Origin: Eledone cirrhosa
Taxonomy: Eukaryota
DNA: 64,000 nucleotides
NCBI GenBank assembly: GCA_964016885.1
Contig: OZ024741.1
Coordinates: 282,472,001 to 282,536,000 of the forward strand
Direction: 5' to 3'
Shown: piece after piece, positions 43,724-54,705 of the stretch
Position numbering within the stretch: the first letter of the stretch is position 1
Layout: the number at the start of each line of letters is the position of its first letter
Translations under genes and position numbers: made by a program
The notes under the pieces: model-generated
Seen by the model: the letters and a program-made list of their open reading frames with translations, nothing else
Told to the model about the DNA's origin: nothing
The model's database searches: none

Positions 43724-43808
43724 TTGCTTCAACAGAAAATAATCGATGCTTGAGACCGTTTAAAACAATAAAGACGATTACTAAAATATTCCCGTTTGTT
43801 GTGTTCAT
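43724..43808 (-). CDS. Candidate first coding exon encoding a signal-peptide-like sequence MNTTNGNILVIVFIVLNGLKHRLFSVEA (phase 1 end)
   Basis: ATG at 43808, hydrophobic core, V-E-A (-3/-1) ending, then a perfect donor A|GTAAGT at 43723; CpG-retaining context. Confidence 0.55.
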
Positions 43809-44697
43809 AATTATTCCGGTGGTCTTCCTTTATTGTATATTATTTTGTTTATTATTAATGTCTTTCTTGCAAGTTTTCAACCCGAAGAAGCTACTAAACA
43901 CCGAGAATAGGAATATTCCGCTTGTAACAAACCTAAGTGAGCCACAGTGAATGGCAAGTTGAAGGTGGAGGGATAAAGAGTTGCTTGTATGTGGAGATGA
44001 TGACGATAGTAATTATGGTGGGTTGTGCTTGTATATGTGAGTGGTGGTGGCAGCAGTAAATGTATGTGTATATACACAAATGTGTATGAGTACAGTAGTG
44101 ACGGTGGCAGCCGTATGTCAGTGTAGTCGCGATAGTGATGTTAATGCCAGTTGTATTATATATGAGTGTAATAATGATGGCGGTGGTATTTATATATACA
44201 TATATATATGTAAGTGTGTGTGTAGTAGTAGTGATGAGGATGGTAGTGGCGGGGATAATGGCAGCTGACTACAGCAGTCAGAGCGTTTATACTACATTTG
44301 GCAACCGATCCAACCAGCCACATGAACACACTATTCCTTGTTATTTTTTTGTTTTCAATTCTATCTCACTCATGCACACACACATACATACATACACACA
44401 TATGTATATATATATATATATATATTGCATTTCTCTCAGGCACACTCCCGTTCTATTTGTCAGTTATTCACTCACATGTGCGAGCGCACACACATTCCCT
44501 CTCTTTCTATCTCATGCACACACACATACACGTCTCCTCTATCACACTCTTTCTCTCTCTATCTCATACCCCCCTCCCCGCTATATCTCTTTCTCTTTAT
44601 CTATCTACCTTTCTATCCCACTCTCTCTCTCTCATCCACACAGTATCTTTATGAAATAGGTTGCACTACCTTCACCAACCTATACATCATTCATTTG

Positions 44698-45255
44698 TCC
44701 ACCCACTACCTTAGATACCTACCTTAGTTACGTAACCACTGTCTTCCCATTACCTTAGATGCCTACCTTAATTACTCACCCACCATCCACTCATACTTAC
44801 CTACCCACCATCCACCCATCACCTTAGATGTCTAACTTAATTACCTACCCACCATCCACCCACTACCTTGGATGCTTAACTTAATTACCTACCCACAATC
44901 CACCCATTACCTTAGATACCTACCTTAATTACCTACCCACCATCCACTCACTACCTTAGATACCTACCTTAATTACCTACCCACCATCCACCCACTACCT
45001 TAGATACCTAACTTAATTACCTAGCCACCATCCACCCATTACCTTAGATACCTACCATACTTACCTACCCACCATCCACTCACTACCTTAGATACCCCCT
45101 AGTTACCTACCCACCATCCACCCACTACCTTAGAAATCTACCCAGTTATTTACCCACCAGCCACCCATTACTTAAGTTACCTCCCTAGTTACCAACCCAC
45201 TAACTTAGATACTTACCTGCAATCCACCCAGTACCTCAGATACCCACCTAGTTAC
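44698..45255. repeat. 44-bp minisatellite, about 12 copies
   Basis: Unit CCACCATCCACCCACTACCTTAGATACCTACCTTAATTACCTAC; CTTAGA recurs at 44911, 44955 and 44999. Confidence 0.92.
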
Positions 45256-45543
45256 ATACACACTGTCTGGCCTGTGTATCAAGGAATGTAAGATGCTGGT
45301 AAGATCTGGATTTAGACCTTGAAGAAGGGGAGGATACTTCAGATTCTGTGCTCCCCACTCCCATATACAAAAATTAAACTACACAGCAAACCCCCAAAAT
45401 TACATATCACATCTGCTTATTGCATATATAATTAGAATTGATAAGTTATATATAAATGTTAAATGCAAAAAAACTGACCAGTCATACATAAATGTAACAT
45501 GAAAATATACATAAATGCAAATGGTATATATATATATATATAT

Positions 45544-45895
45544 ATCATCATCATCACCATCACCATCACCACCACCACCACCACCACCACGGTTTAACAT
45601 CCATTTTTCCATGATCGCATGGGTTACACGAGTTGACCCGTTGTGAGACATCCAGATCAGATGATTGTCTTGCTCATACAGGGCTGATTTTGGCTTGGTT
45701 TCTATGGCTGGATGCCCTTCCTAACATCAACCACATTTACAGTGTGAACTGAGTGCTTTTTGTCATGTCACCAACATGACCACTTTATAGTGTGGACTGG
45801 GTGCTTTTTGTCATGATACCTACATGACCACTTTACAGTGTGAACTGGGTACTTTTTGTCATGTCACCAACATAACCACTTTACAGTGTGGATTG
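45544..45895 (-). mobile_element. SINE family B / RTE tail with four internal ~48-bp modules
   Basis: (CAT/CAC)n tail, GGATGCCCTTCCTAACATCAACC, repeated ACCACTTTACAGTGTG..CTGGGT. Confidence 0.85.
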
Positions 45896-46399
45896 CGAGC
45901 TGCGTAACTTTTCTGGTGACGGGTGGGGTATTAGGGTATGGGTGGAGTGTTAGGACGTGGGTGGTATATGGGAGAGGAAAGTAGTACATACTAGATGCAT
46001 GCTTCAACCCTTGCCTATAGGAAGTGGCGTCTTCTGTATTACTGCATAATGCCATAGATCTCAATCCTGTGTTATCGCCTTTGAGAGGTGTAATTGTACA
46101 AGGTCAGCTTTTATCTCCTCATATATATAATATAAATAAAATATATAAATGTTAAATATTATACATATATGTACTGAAAAGTTAGTGTCGGGCCTGCCAC
46201 TGAGATTTTAGCAAACGTATGAAAAACTTAGGTGAAAATATGTCAAACCCACCACAGAAATATCTGTTAATATAAAACTAAGTAGGATAATTTATACCTA
46301 CTTGCAGCTGTATGCAATGCTAGAATATTTACAAAAAGTCATACTTCTTTTCAGAAGGTACAGTATCTTCAATTGTTCACAAATATTAGATAACAAATT

Positions 46400-47265
46400 T
46401 TGAGAAATGGACAGGACGTCGAGAGGTGTATTCTTGCTTTGTAGAGCTCAAAAATTATCGCGTCCCACAGGACCTGTTGTGGAAGATTCTGCAGGGGTAT
46501 GGGATCAATGGTCAGTTCTCATTACCCTGATGTCTCTATACGAATACCTGAGTATTTATGTTTGGATAAAGTGTGCTAAACAAAACTGGTGCAATAATTG
46601 TTTCTACTTTTTGGCACAAGGCCAGCAATTATCCCAGTACATTACTGGTGCTTTATTTTATCGACCCCGTAAGGATGAAAGGCAAAGTTAACCTCGGCGG
46701 GAATTGAACTCAGATTGTAAAGGGACGTAACTATGCTGGAAAGCATAATCCAACCCTCTACTGATACTGCCAATTCACCAATGTGCCAGCTTCAGCATTT
46801 GGTAATCAGAAGAAGGGAGGTAGGTGTAAAAACCAAACTCACTATCTTCAATTTGGCATTCATGCCAAACCCTTACCTATAGTTGTGAATCTTGGGTAAT
46901 GACCAAAAGAATACAATTGCGAATATAAGCAGCCGAAATGGGGTTCCTCTGAAGGGTCTTTGGAGTAACATTACTTGATAGAGTGTGCAGCTCAGAGATC
47001 AGAGTGTTGCTCCAGGTAGAGTTGCTACTTCTCCGAATTGAGAGATCACAGCTTTGGTACTATGGGCATGTGATTAAAATAGCATGAGGAAAGAATCGCT
47101 GGCCATATTTTAAGTGCAAAACCAACTTGCAGGAGACTCAGTGGTAAACCCCGAGCAAGATGGTTGGATAACATCCATGAGTTTGGCTGGATCTTGCTTG
47201 AGGATCCAGCCTGTTCAGTTGGAGACAGTTGCTCCTGACAGGACCCGATGGAAGGAGTGTGAGAA
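46400..47265 (+). mobile_element. Decayed Expander/Rex3-like RTE LINE (RT and C-terminus), interrupted by a SINE
   Basis: VYSCFVELK..RVPQDLLWKILQGYGING; LTYSCESWVMTKRIQLRI*AAEMGFL*RVFGVTLLDRV...LRIERSQLWYYGHV...GKPRARW. Confidence 0.85.
46593..46779 (-). mobile_element. tRNA-derived SINE family A nested in the RTE relic
   Basis: Reverse complement of family A. Confidence 0.9.
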
Positions 47266-47278
47266 TTTTATATAAGAA

Positions 47279-48502
47279 CTAGCAGTGATACCCGGCGTTG
47301 CACGGGATAAGGTATTTTGGAATGCGAGCCGCCAACAGACCTAATCATGGAAAAACTGCATGCCTGGACAATATGTAAAGAAAATAAACCGAATACTCTG
47401 ATGGCTGGATAACCTTTAAGATTTTCCTCGATGAAGCAGGAAAAATGCAGGTTTTCACCTAATGCGGGCCCTAGGGGATCAAGAAAATAATTTTTTTTAT
47501 GTGCATAATATGCCTTGAAATTTCGGGAAAATCGGCTAGACGTAACGCCGCAAAAAAGCCCTAAAAAGCTGAAAAAATGAAGTTGTTCACCTAATGCAGG
47601 CCCTAGGCCATAAAAAAGTTGGATTTTCTTTGCTCACGGTATGAGGAAGAGACTGACTAATACATAGTTACAATTTTAAGGAAATCGGTCTAACGTAACG
47701 CCTCAAACCCCTAAAAAGCTGAAAAAACGCAGTTTTTCACCTAATGCGGGCCCTAGGATATCAAAAAGTAGAATTTTTATGTGCATAACACTCCCTGAAA
47801 CATAAGTATATGTGTATACATGTAAAGTTTGAGAAAAATCGGTTGGGTACTTCTCGAGTTTTAGGGATTCAAACTCACACACACACACACACACAGACAG
47901 ACATCCTCAGGGAAGTGACGTAGTGCAGACATACAGACATACAGACAGATATTATAAGGGCGCGACGTTATATGTATGTATCTATCTAAAAAGAGAAAGA
48001 CTAAGAATTATAGAGAGAGATCGCTAAATTGCCTAATGCGGTCCCTAGGGCCATGAAAATTTGAAATTTTGTTTGCTCAGAACACTCCCTGAAACATAAG
48101 TATATGTGTATACATGTAAAGTTTGAGAAAAATCGGTTGGGTACTTCTCGGGTTTTAGGGATTCAAACTCACAGACACACACACACACACAGACAGACAT
48201 CCTCAGGGAAGTGACGTAGTGCAGACATACAGACATACAGACAGATATTATAAGGGCGCGACGTTATATGTATGTATCTATCTAAAAAGAGAAAGACTAA
48301 GAATTATAGAGAGAGATCGCTAAATCGCCTAATGCGGTCCCTAGGGCCATGAAAATTTGAAATTTTGTTTGCTCAGAACACTCCCTGAAACATAAGTATT
48401 ACATGTGTAAAGTTGGAAAACAGTCGGTTGGGTGGTTCTCGAGTTTTAGAGATTCAAACTCACACACACACAGACAGACATCCTCAGTTTTATATATATA
48501 GA
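47279..48502 (-). mobile_element. Non-autonomous Helitron with internal ~295-bp tandem duplication
   Basis: Minus strand 5' TCTATATATATAAAACTGAGGATGTCTGTCTG; 3' hairpin CCCGTGCAACGCCGGG then CTAG|T; ACACTCCCTGAAACATAAGTAT recurs at ~47789, 48082 and 48378. Confidence 0.75.
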
Positions 48503-49016
48503 CTAGCAGAAAACCACCCGGTGGGCGGTTTTCTGCTAGCAAATCTAGTGTATATACTGATATTGTTGAGATTTGGATGAGAAATGTTTTCGGCACCACA
48601 TGTTCACCGTCTCTCGGTGTGTCTTTTATGCATGTATAAATATATATGTTATCTATACGGTGAAATCTTTGAAATAAATATATGTTAAAACGAAAAAGGA
48701 GAAAAAGAGATTAGTGACGGAAATATAAACGTTATGATACATAAACGTTATGATATAACGATGGAAATATATAAACGTTTGCGATAAAACGATGGAAATA
48801 GAAACGTTTATATATAATGATAAGCCGAAACACTCGTAAGCCGAAACACTCGTAAGTCGAAACACTCGTGAAGCGAAACGTATAAATAAAGATTAATGTA
48901 ATGAATTTGAAAAGCATAGAGATTTGAAACCGCGTCTATTTGTTTCCTTGGCATTTTTTACAGACGGACAGACAGACAAACAAACAGAGAAATGCCCATT
49001 ATATATTATAAGTAGA
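48503..49016 (-). mobile_element. Second Helitron-like element abutting the first head to tail
   Basis: Minus strand 5' TCTACTTATAATATATAATGGGCATTTCTCTGTTTG; 3' palindrome ending CTAG at 48503. Confidence 0.5.
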
Positions 49017-49275
49017 CTTGGCATGGTGTCAAGTCAGAACCGCCTCGAACTGGTTACTTCTGGCTTGTGCAAGGTGTCTCTATAGCAACCAGCGATTCCC
49101 TCGGCCTCAGTGACCAAAATCAGTGGAGAGGGGAAGGTAATGTTTCTATAGCGACAGTGTTTCTCTTGGTAGTACCAAAGTGGAGAAAGGAAGGGGAAGG
49201 TAATATTTCTGTAGCACCTACATTTGAGTTTTAGGAAAGGACAGACAGACAGCAGACAAACAGAGAAATGCCCAT

Positions 49276-49282
49276 ATATTTC

Positions 49283-49339
<57 letters not shown>

Positions 49340-49639
49340 CACACACAGAAATGTATATATATTTCTGTGTGTGTATATATATATATATATTACACACACA
49401 GAAATGTATATATATTTCTGTGTGTATATATATATATATTACACACACAGAAATGTATATATATTTCTGTGTGTATATATATTTCTGTGTGTGTATATAT
49501 ATATATATTACACACACAGAAATGTATATATATTTCTGTGTGTATATATATATATATATTACACACACAGAAATGTATATATATTTCTGTGTGTATATAT
49601 ATATATATATTACACACACAGAAATGTATATATATTTCT
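49276..49639. repeat. ~50-60-bp minisatellite of self-complementary units
   Basis: TACACACACAGAAATGTATATATATTTCTGTGTGT(TA)n, about 6 copies. Confidence 0.9.
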
Positions 49640-49756
49640 TAGAACAAAATTATTATTAATGTTTTGCTGTTCATAACAATTGGAATTGAAAAATTACTTT
49701 TGAAATTATTAGTTATTTTACTAATGCTTAGATATGTAAAAATGAAGCAATGTTTC

Positions 49757-49950
49757 TAATAATTGTTTCTACTTTTGGCACAAGGCCAGCAATTACCCAG
49801 TACATTACTGGTACTTTATGTTATCGACCCCGTGAGGATGAAAGGCAAAGTTAATCTCGGCGGTATTTGAACTCAGACCGTAAAGGGACGTAACTCCATG
49901 CTATGAAGCATGGTGTCCGACTCTCTACAGATTCTGCCAATCCACCGCCC
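49757..49950 (-). mobile_element. tRNA-derived SINE family A
   Basis: Full reverse-complement copy ending CCAATCCACCGCC. Confidence 0.9.
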
Positions 49951-50235
49951 TAATGTCTGTACGTAATGAGGGAGTGAGAGGGGAGAGAAAGAAAGGCAGA
50001 GGTGAAGTGACGAAGTGACTCTCTCCTCCTCCTCCTCCTCCTCCATCTCCGCATTCGTCACAGCAATAGAGGGGAGGAATGTTAATGTGTTACAAAGAGA
50101 AAGAGTGAGAGTGAGAGAAACAGACAGACTAAAAGAGAGGGATAGCTGGAGAGAGAGAGAGATAGCAACCACGCGCGCATGTGTTTCCACTGTCGGACAG
50201 ACAGACAGAAATTGCTGGTTATATATATAAGTAGA

Positions 50236-51120
50236 CTAGCATTAAAGCCCAGCGTTGCTCGGGGTCATTAAGTTGCCAAAGTTAGGTTGCACCACCCATT
50301 TTATGGCAGCACTTTTTTGTCTGCCAGGCACTGGGTGAATGAATTGCAGACCTGGAAGCAGGAGCTGCGTCAGCAGTGACAATTGTAGTTTCGCCTATGG
50401 ATATTATCTCTGTGCAAAAAAGTGTTGAAATTTATTGTTTTACAGTACTTGCGCAACACGCGCGTAGACGATGCCAGCCGAACAACAGAGCTGCGATGGA
50501 GTTGTTCTGCATGGTTGTCTGTGTGTTTTCTAAATTTAAGACAGTAGGGAGGGTTGTGATATGAGGGAGAGTTAGCTGTTGTTTCTAGCAGGTTTAGTGA
50601 CCTCATAGAGGATATGTGTTTTCTAAATTTAAGACAGTAGGGAGTGGTGTGATATGGGGGAGAGTTAGCTGCTGTTTCTAGCAGGTTTAGTGACCTCATG
50701 GAAGATATGTTTTCTAAATTTAAGATAGTAGGGAGGGGTGTGATATGGGGGAGAGTTAGCTGCTGTTTCTAGCAGGTTTAGTAACCTCATAGGGGATATG
50801 TGTTTTCTAAATTTAAGACAGTCGGTGTGAACGGACAGTATCACCATCAAGCTTGGAAAGAGAAAGTAGCAGAAAGTATGAAGTTATATAGATTTTGAAT
50901 GGTAGTGGAAAGAGTTTAGCAGTTTAAATGACAGAGAAAAATCGTAAAATATTGAGTTTTATCTATTTTTTGCGTAATTGTGAGTGAAATTGAAAAAATT
51001 ATCTGCGTCAAGACGCAATCGAAACTATTTCGAATGCTGAATTGTAAATTTCAATTGAAGAAATTCTATATCGTAGATTTCTATAACGAAGGAGCTTGAC
51101 CACACACTGAGCTTTATAGA
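50236..51120 (-). mobile_element. 885-bp non-autonomous Helitron (copy 1) with internal ~93-bp tandem repeat
   Basis: Minus strand 5' TCTATAAAGCTCAGTGTGTG; 3' CCCCGAGCAACGCTGGG...CTAG; TTCTAAATTTAAG recurs at 50528, 50621, 50712 and 50805. Confidence 0.75.
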
Positions 51121-51126
51121 TTACAA

Positions 51127-52268
51127 GAACAACAACAACTACAACAGTGACAACAACAACAGTGAAAACAACAACAAATACAACAGTGACAACAACAACA
51201 ACTACTACAGTGACAACAACAACTACAACAGCTACAACACCAGCAACAACAACAACAACTACAACAGCTACAACACCAGGCAACAACAACAACAGTGACA
51301 ACAACAACTACAACAGTGACAACAACAACAACTACAACAGTGACAACAACAACAACTACAACAGTGACAACAACAACAACAACTACAACAGCTACAACAC
51401 CAGCAACAACAACAACAACTACAACAGCTACAACACCAGCAACAACAACAACTACAACAGCTACAACACCAGCAACAACAACAACAGTGACAACAACAAC
51501 AACTACAACAGTGACACCAACAACACCAACTACAACAGCTACAACACCAACAGTGACAACAACAACAACAACGACAGTGACAACACCAGCAACAACTACA
51601 ACAATGACAACAACAACAACTACAACAGCTACAACACCAGCAACAACAACAACAGTGACAACAACAACAACTACAACAGCTACAACACCAGCAACAACAA
51701 CAACAGTGACAACAACAACAACTACAACAGTGACACCAACAACACCAGCAACTACAACAGCTACAACACCAACAGTGACAACAACAACAACAACGACAGT
51801 GACAACACCAGCAACAACTACAACAATGACAACAACAACAACTACAACAACTACAACAGCTACAACACCAGCAACAACAACAACAGTGACAACAACAACA
51901 ACAACTACAACAGCTACAACACCAGCAACAACAACAGTGACAACAACAACTACAACAGCTACAACACCAGCAACAACAACTACAACAGTGACAACCCCAA
52001 CAACAACAACAACTACGACAGCTACAACACCAGCAACAACAACAACTACAACAGTAACAACACCAACAACAACGACAACTACAACAACAACAATAACAAC
52101 AACAACAACAGCTACAACACCAGCAACAACTACAACAGTGACAACACCAACAACAACTACAACAGTGACAACAACAACAACTACAACAGCTACAACACCA
52201 GCAACAACAACAGTGACACCAACAACAACTACAACAGTGACAACACCAACAACAACAACAACAACAAT
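51127..52268. repeat. (AAC)n-derived complex trinucleotide satellite
   Basis: AAC units interspersed with TAC, AGC, AGT, GAC and ACC in recurring higher-order blocks. Confidence 0.95.
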
Positions 52269-52398
52269 GCCATCAATATCTTGTAGAACAATAAAAGTGT
52301 TGTTTGTGGTTGAAGTGATCTGGTGATGAGACTTATAGTTTTGTAAGGAGTGGCGATAAAAGTGTGACAGGAGGGGAAGCTCTTGAAAATATATAGGA

Positions 52399-53283
52399 CT
52401 AGCATTAAAGCCTGGCGTTGCTCGGAGTCATTAAGTTACCAAAGTTAGGTTGCTCCACCCATTTTATGGTAGCACTTTTTTGTCTGCCAGGCACTGGGTG
52501 AATGAATTGCAGACCTGGAAGCATGAGCTGTGCCAGCAGTGACAATTGTAGTTTCGCCTATGGATATTATCTCTGTGCAAAAAAGTGTTGAAATTTATTG
52601 TTTCACAGTACTTGCGCAACACGCGTGTAGATGATGCCAGCCGAACAACAGAGCTGCGATGGAGTTGTTCTGCGTGGTTGTCTGTGTGTTTTCTAAATTT
52701 AAGACAGTAGGGAGGGTTGTGATATGAGGGAGAGTTAGCTGTTGTTTCTAGCAGGTTTAGTGACCTCATAGAGGATATGTGTTTTCTAAATTTAAGACAG
52801 TAGGGAGTGGTGTGATATGGGGGAGAGTTAGCTGCTGTTTCTAGCAGGTTTAGTGACCTCATGGAAGATATGTTTTCTAAATTTAAGATAGTAGGGAGGG
52901 GTGTGATATGGGGGAGAGTTAGCTGCTGTTTCTAGCAGGTTTAGTAACCTCATAGGGGATATGTGTTTTCTAAATTTAAGACAGTCGGTGTGAACGGACA
53001 GTATCACCATCAAGCTTGGAAAGAGAAAGTAGCAGAAAGTATGAAGTTATATAGATTTTGAATGGTAGTGGAAAGAGTTTAGCAGTTTAAATGACAGAGA
53101 AAAATCGTAAAATATTGAGTTTTATCTATTTTTTGCGTAATTGTGGGTGAAATTGAAAAAATTATCTGCGTCAAGACGCAATCGAAACTATTTCGAATAC
53201 TGAATGGTAAATTTCAATTGAAGACATTCTATATTGTAGATTTCTATAACGAAGGAGCTTGACCACACACTGAGCTTTATAGA
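52399..53283 (-). mobile_element. 885-bp non-autonomous Helitron (copy 2)
   Basis: Near-identical direct repeat of 50236-51120, offset 2163. Confidence 0.75.
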
Positions 53284-54705
53284 TTATGATGATAGATTAA
53301 GTAACTATCTTAGTAATTAAATAATTAATGATTTTATTAAATCCCTAAAAATTCCTCATTAACTAATTGAAATAAAGTGTATTTCATTAGAAATATGGCA
53401 ACAATGTCTATATTTAAGATTTACAGAAGAAACAAATCAAAAAGAAAGACTGGTGTGTAGTGTCTATTCTGTCTCTCCCTTTCTTTCGTTGCTTGATTCA
53501 TTTTTTTCTTTTTTTTTTTCCATTTCCTTTTTTTTTTCTTTCTTTTTTTGTTCCCTTTAATAGCATGTTTTGTTTTTGTATAAACAGCTTTGTGAAAAAT
53601 AATGAAACTTGACCATTAGCACCAAAAACCAAAAACCAAAAACAAAAAACAGAACATAATGCTGCTTTTCATCGTTCCCAGGCCAATAAAATTTAAAATA
53701 ACAGCCATAAAAAAGTGTTTAAATTACACAACTACAACCAGGAAATGCTGTGTTGCACATAAAAACATTTTGATGCAAGTCAAGGAAGTTGCAGAATTAC
53801 GGTGAGTGATAATGAGACAAAGGCACATTGAAATAACCAGCAGCCTCACAAGAATCATCTGATGCTTCAGTAAAAATGGCATCAATGATGACAAAAAACA
53901 TTGTTGTCAGCAGCCCAGTTGCCATAAATGCCACAGGGTGAAAAATGATTTACCAAACAATCACTGTATTTCAGTAGTGCATTCTCCTCCTCCGCAAAAG
54001 CATTTAGGATGTGAGAAGGAGTGAAAGAGTCACTGACAGTGGTATCTCATATAAAGCATCTACCTCTAATCCAGAGCCAAAAGGGAAAACCATTAATTCA
54101 TCAATTCTTTTTTTAAGTATATGTTTATTAAAGTAAGTATACTTTACATTCCAAATTGGCTTTGTAAATGGCAAAAAATTTACTGGACAGCATAAGAGGA
54201 AGAAAACTAAAATATTTACTATAAATTGGTCAAACATACAGAAAAAGAAAGCAGTATTGGAAAGAACTATAAATACCATAAATGGGAGGAAAACGAGGGA
54301 AAGAGCAAGGACCACTATGCAAAGGAAGAAAGAAAGGGGAAAGGGAAAGGGTGACAGACTCTATACCAAGGTCAGAGGGGTGCTTCAGCTGCACCTGCAG
54401 ACAAAATGGCAAAGGCATTTCCGCGAACAATGGCCAGCAACACCTGCTGCAACAGTATCACCACCTTATGGGGCTCTTCCCTCAGATCAGCTGTTATCAT
54501 TCTGATTTTATGAAGGAGGTCAGCTGTTCAGGGTCCAAGGACACCTGAGGTTTCGACAGCAACCAGTAGAAAGAGATAGCAGCCAGACAAGCACCAGTAT
54601 TTGATTGTCTCCTGTCCTCTGCATTGCAGGCCACAGTACTGGTGTTTGTGGCCAAAGCGAGTAATATTTACCAATAACTCATATTGAAAAAGTACCAATG
54701 TGCCT

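Noticed and set aside
54004-54548. Overlapping 66-103-aa ORFs next to the RTE tail
   Set aside because: No recognisable domain or consistent splice structure.
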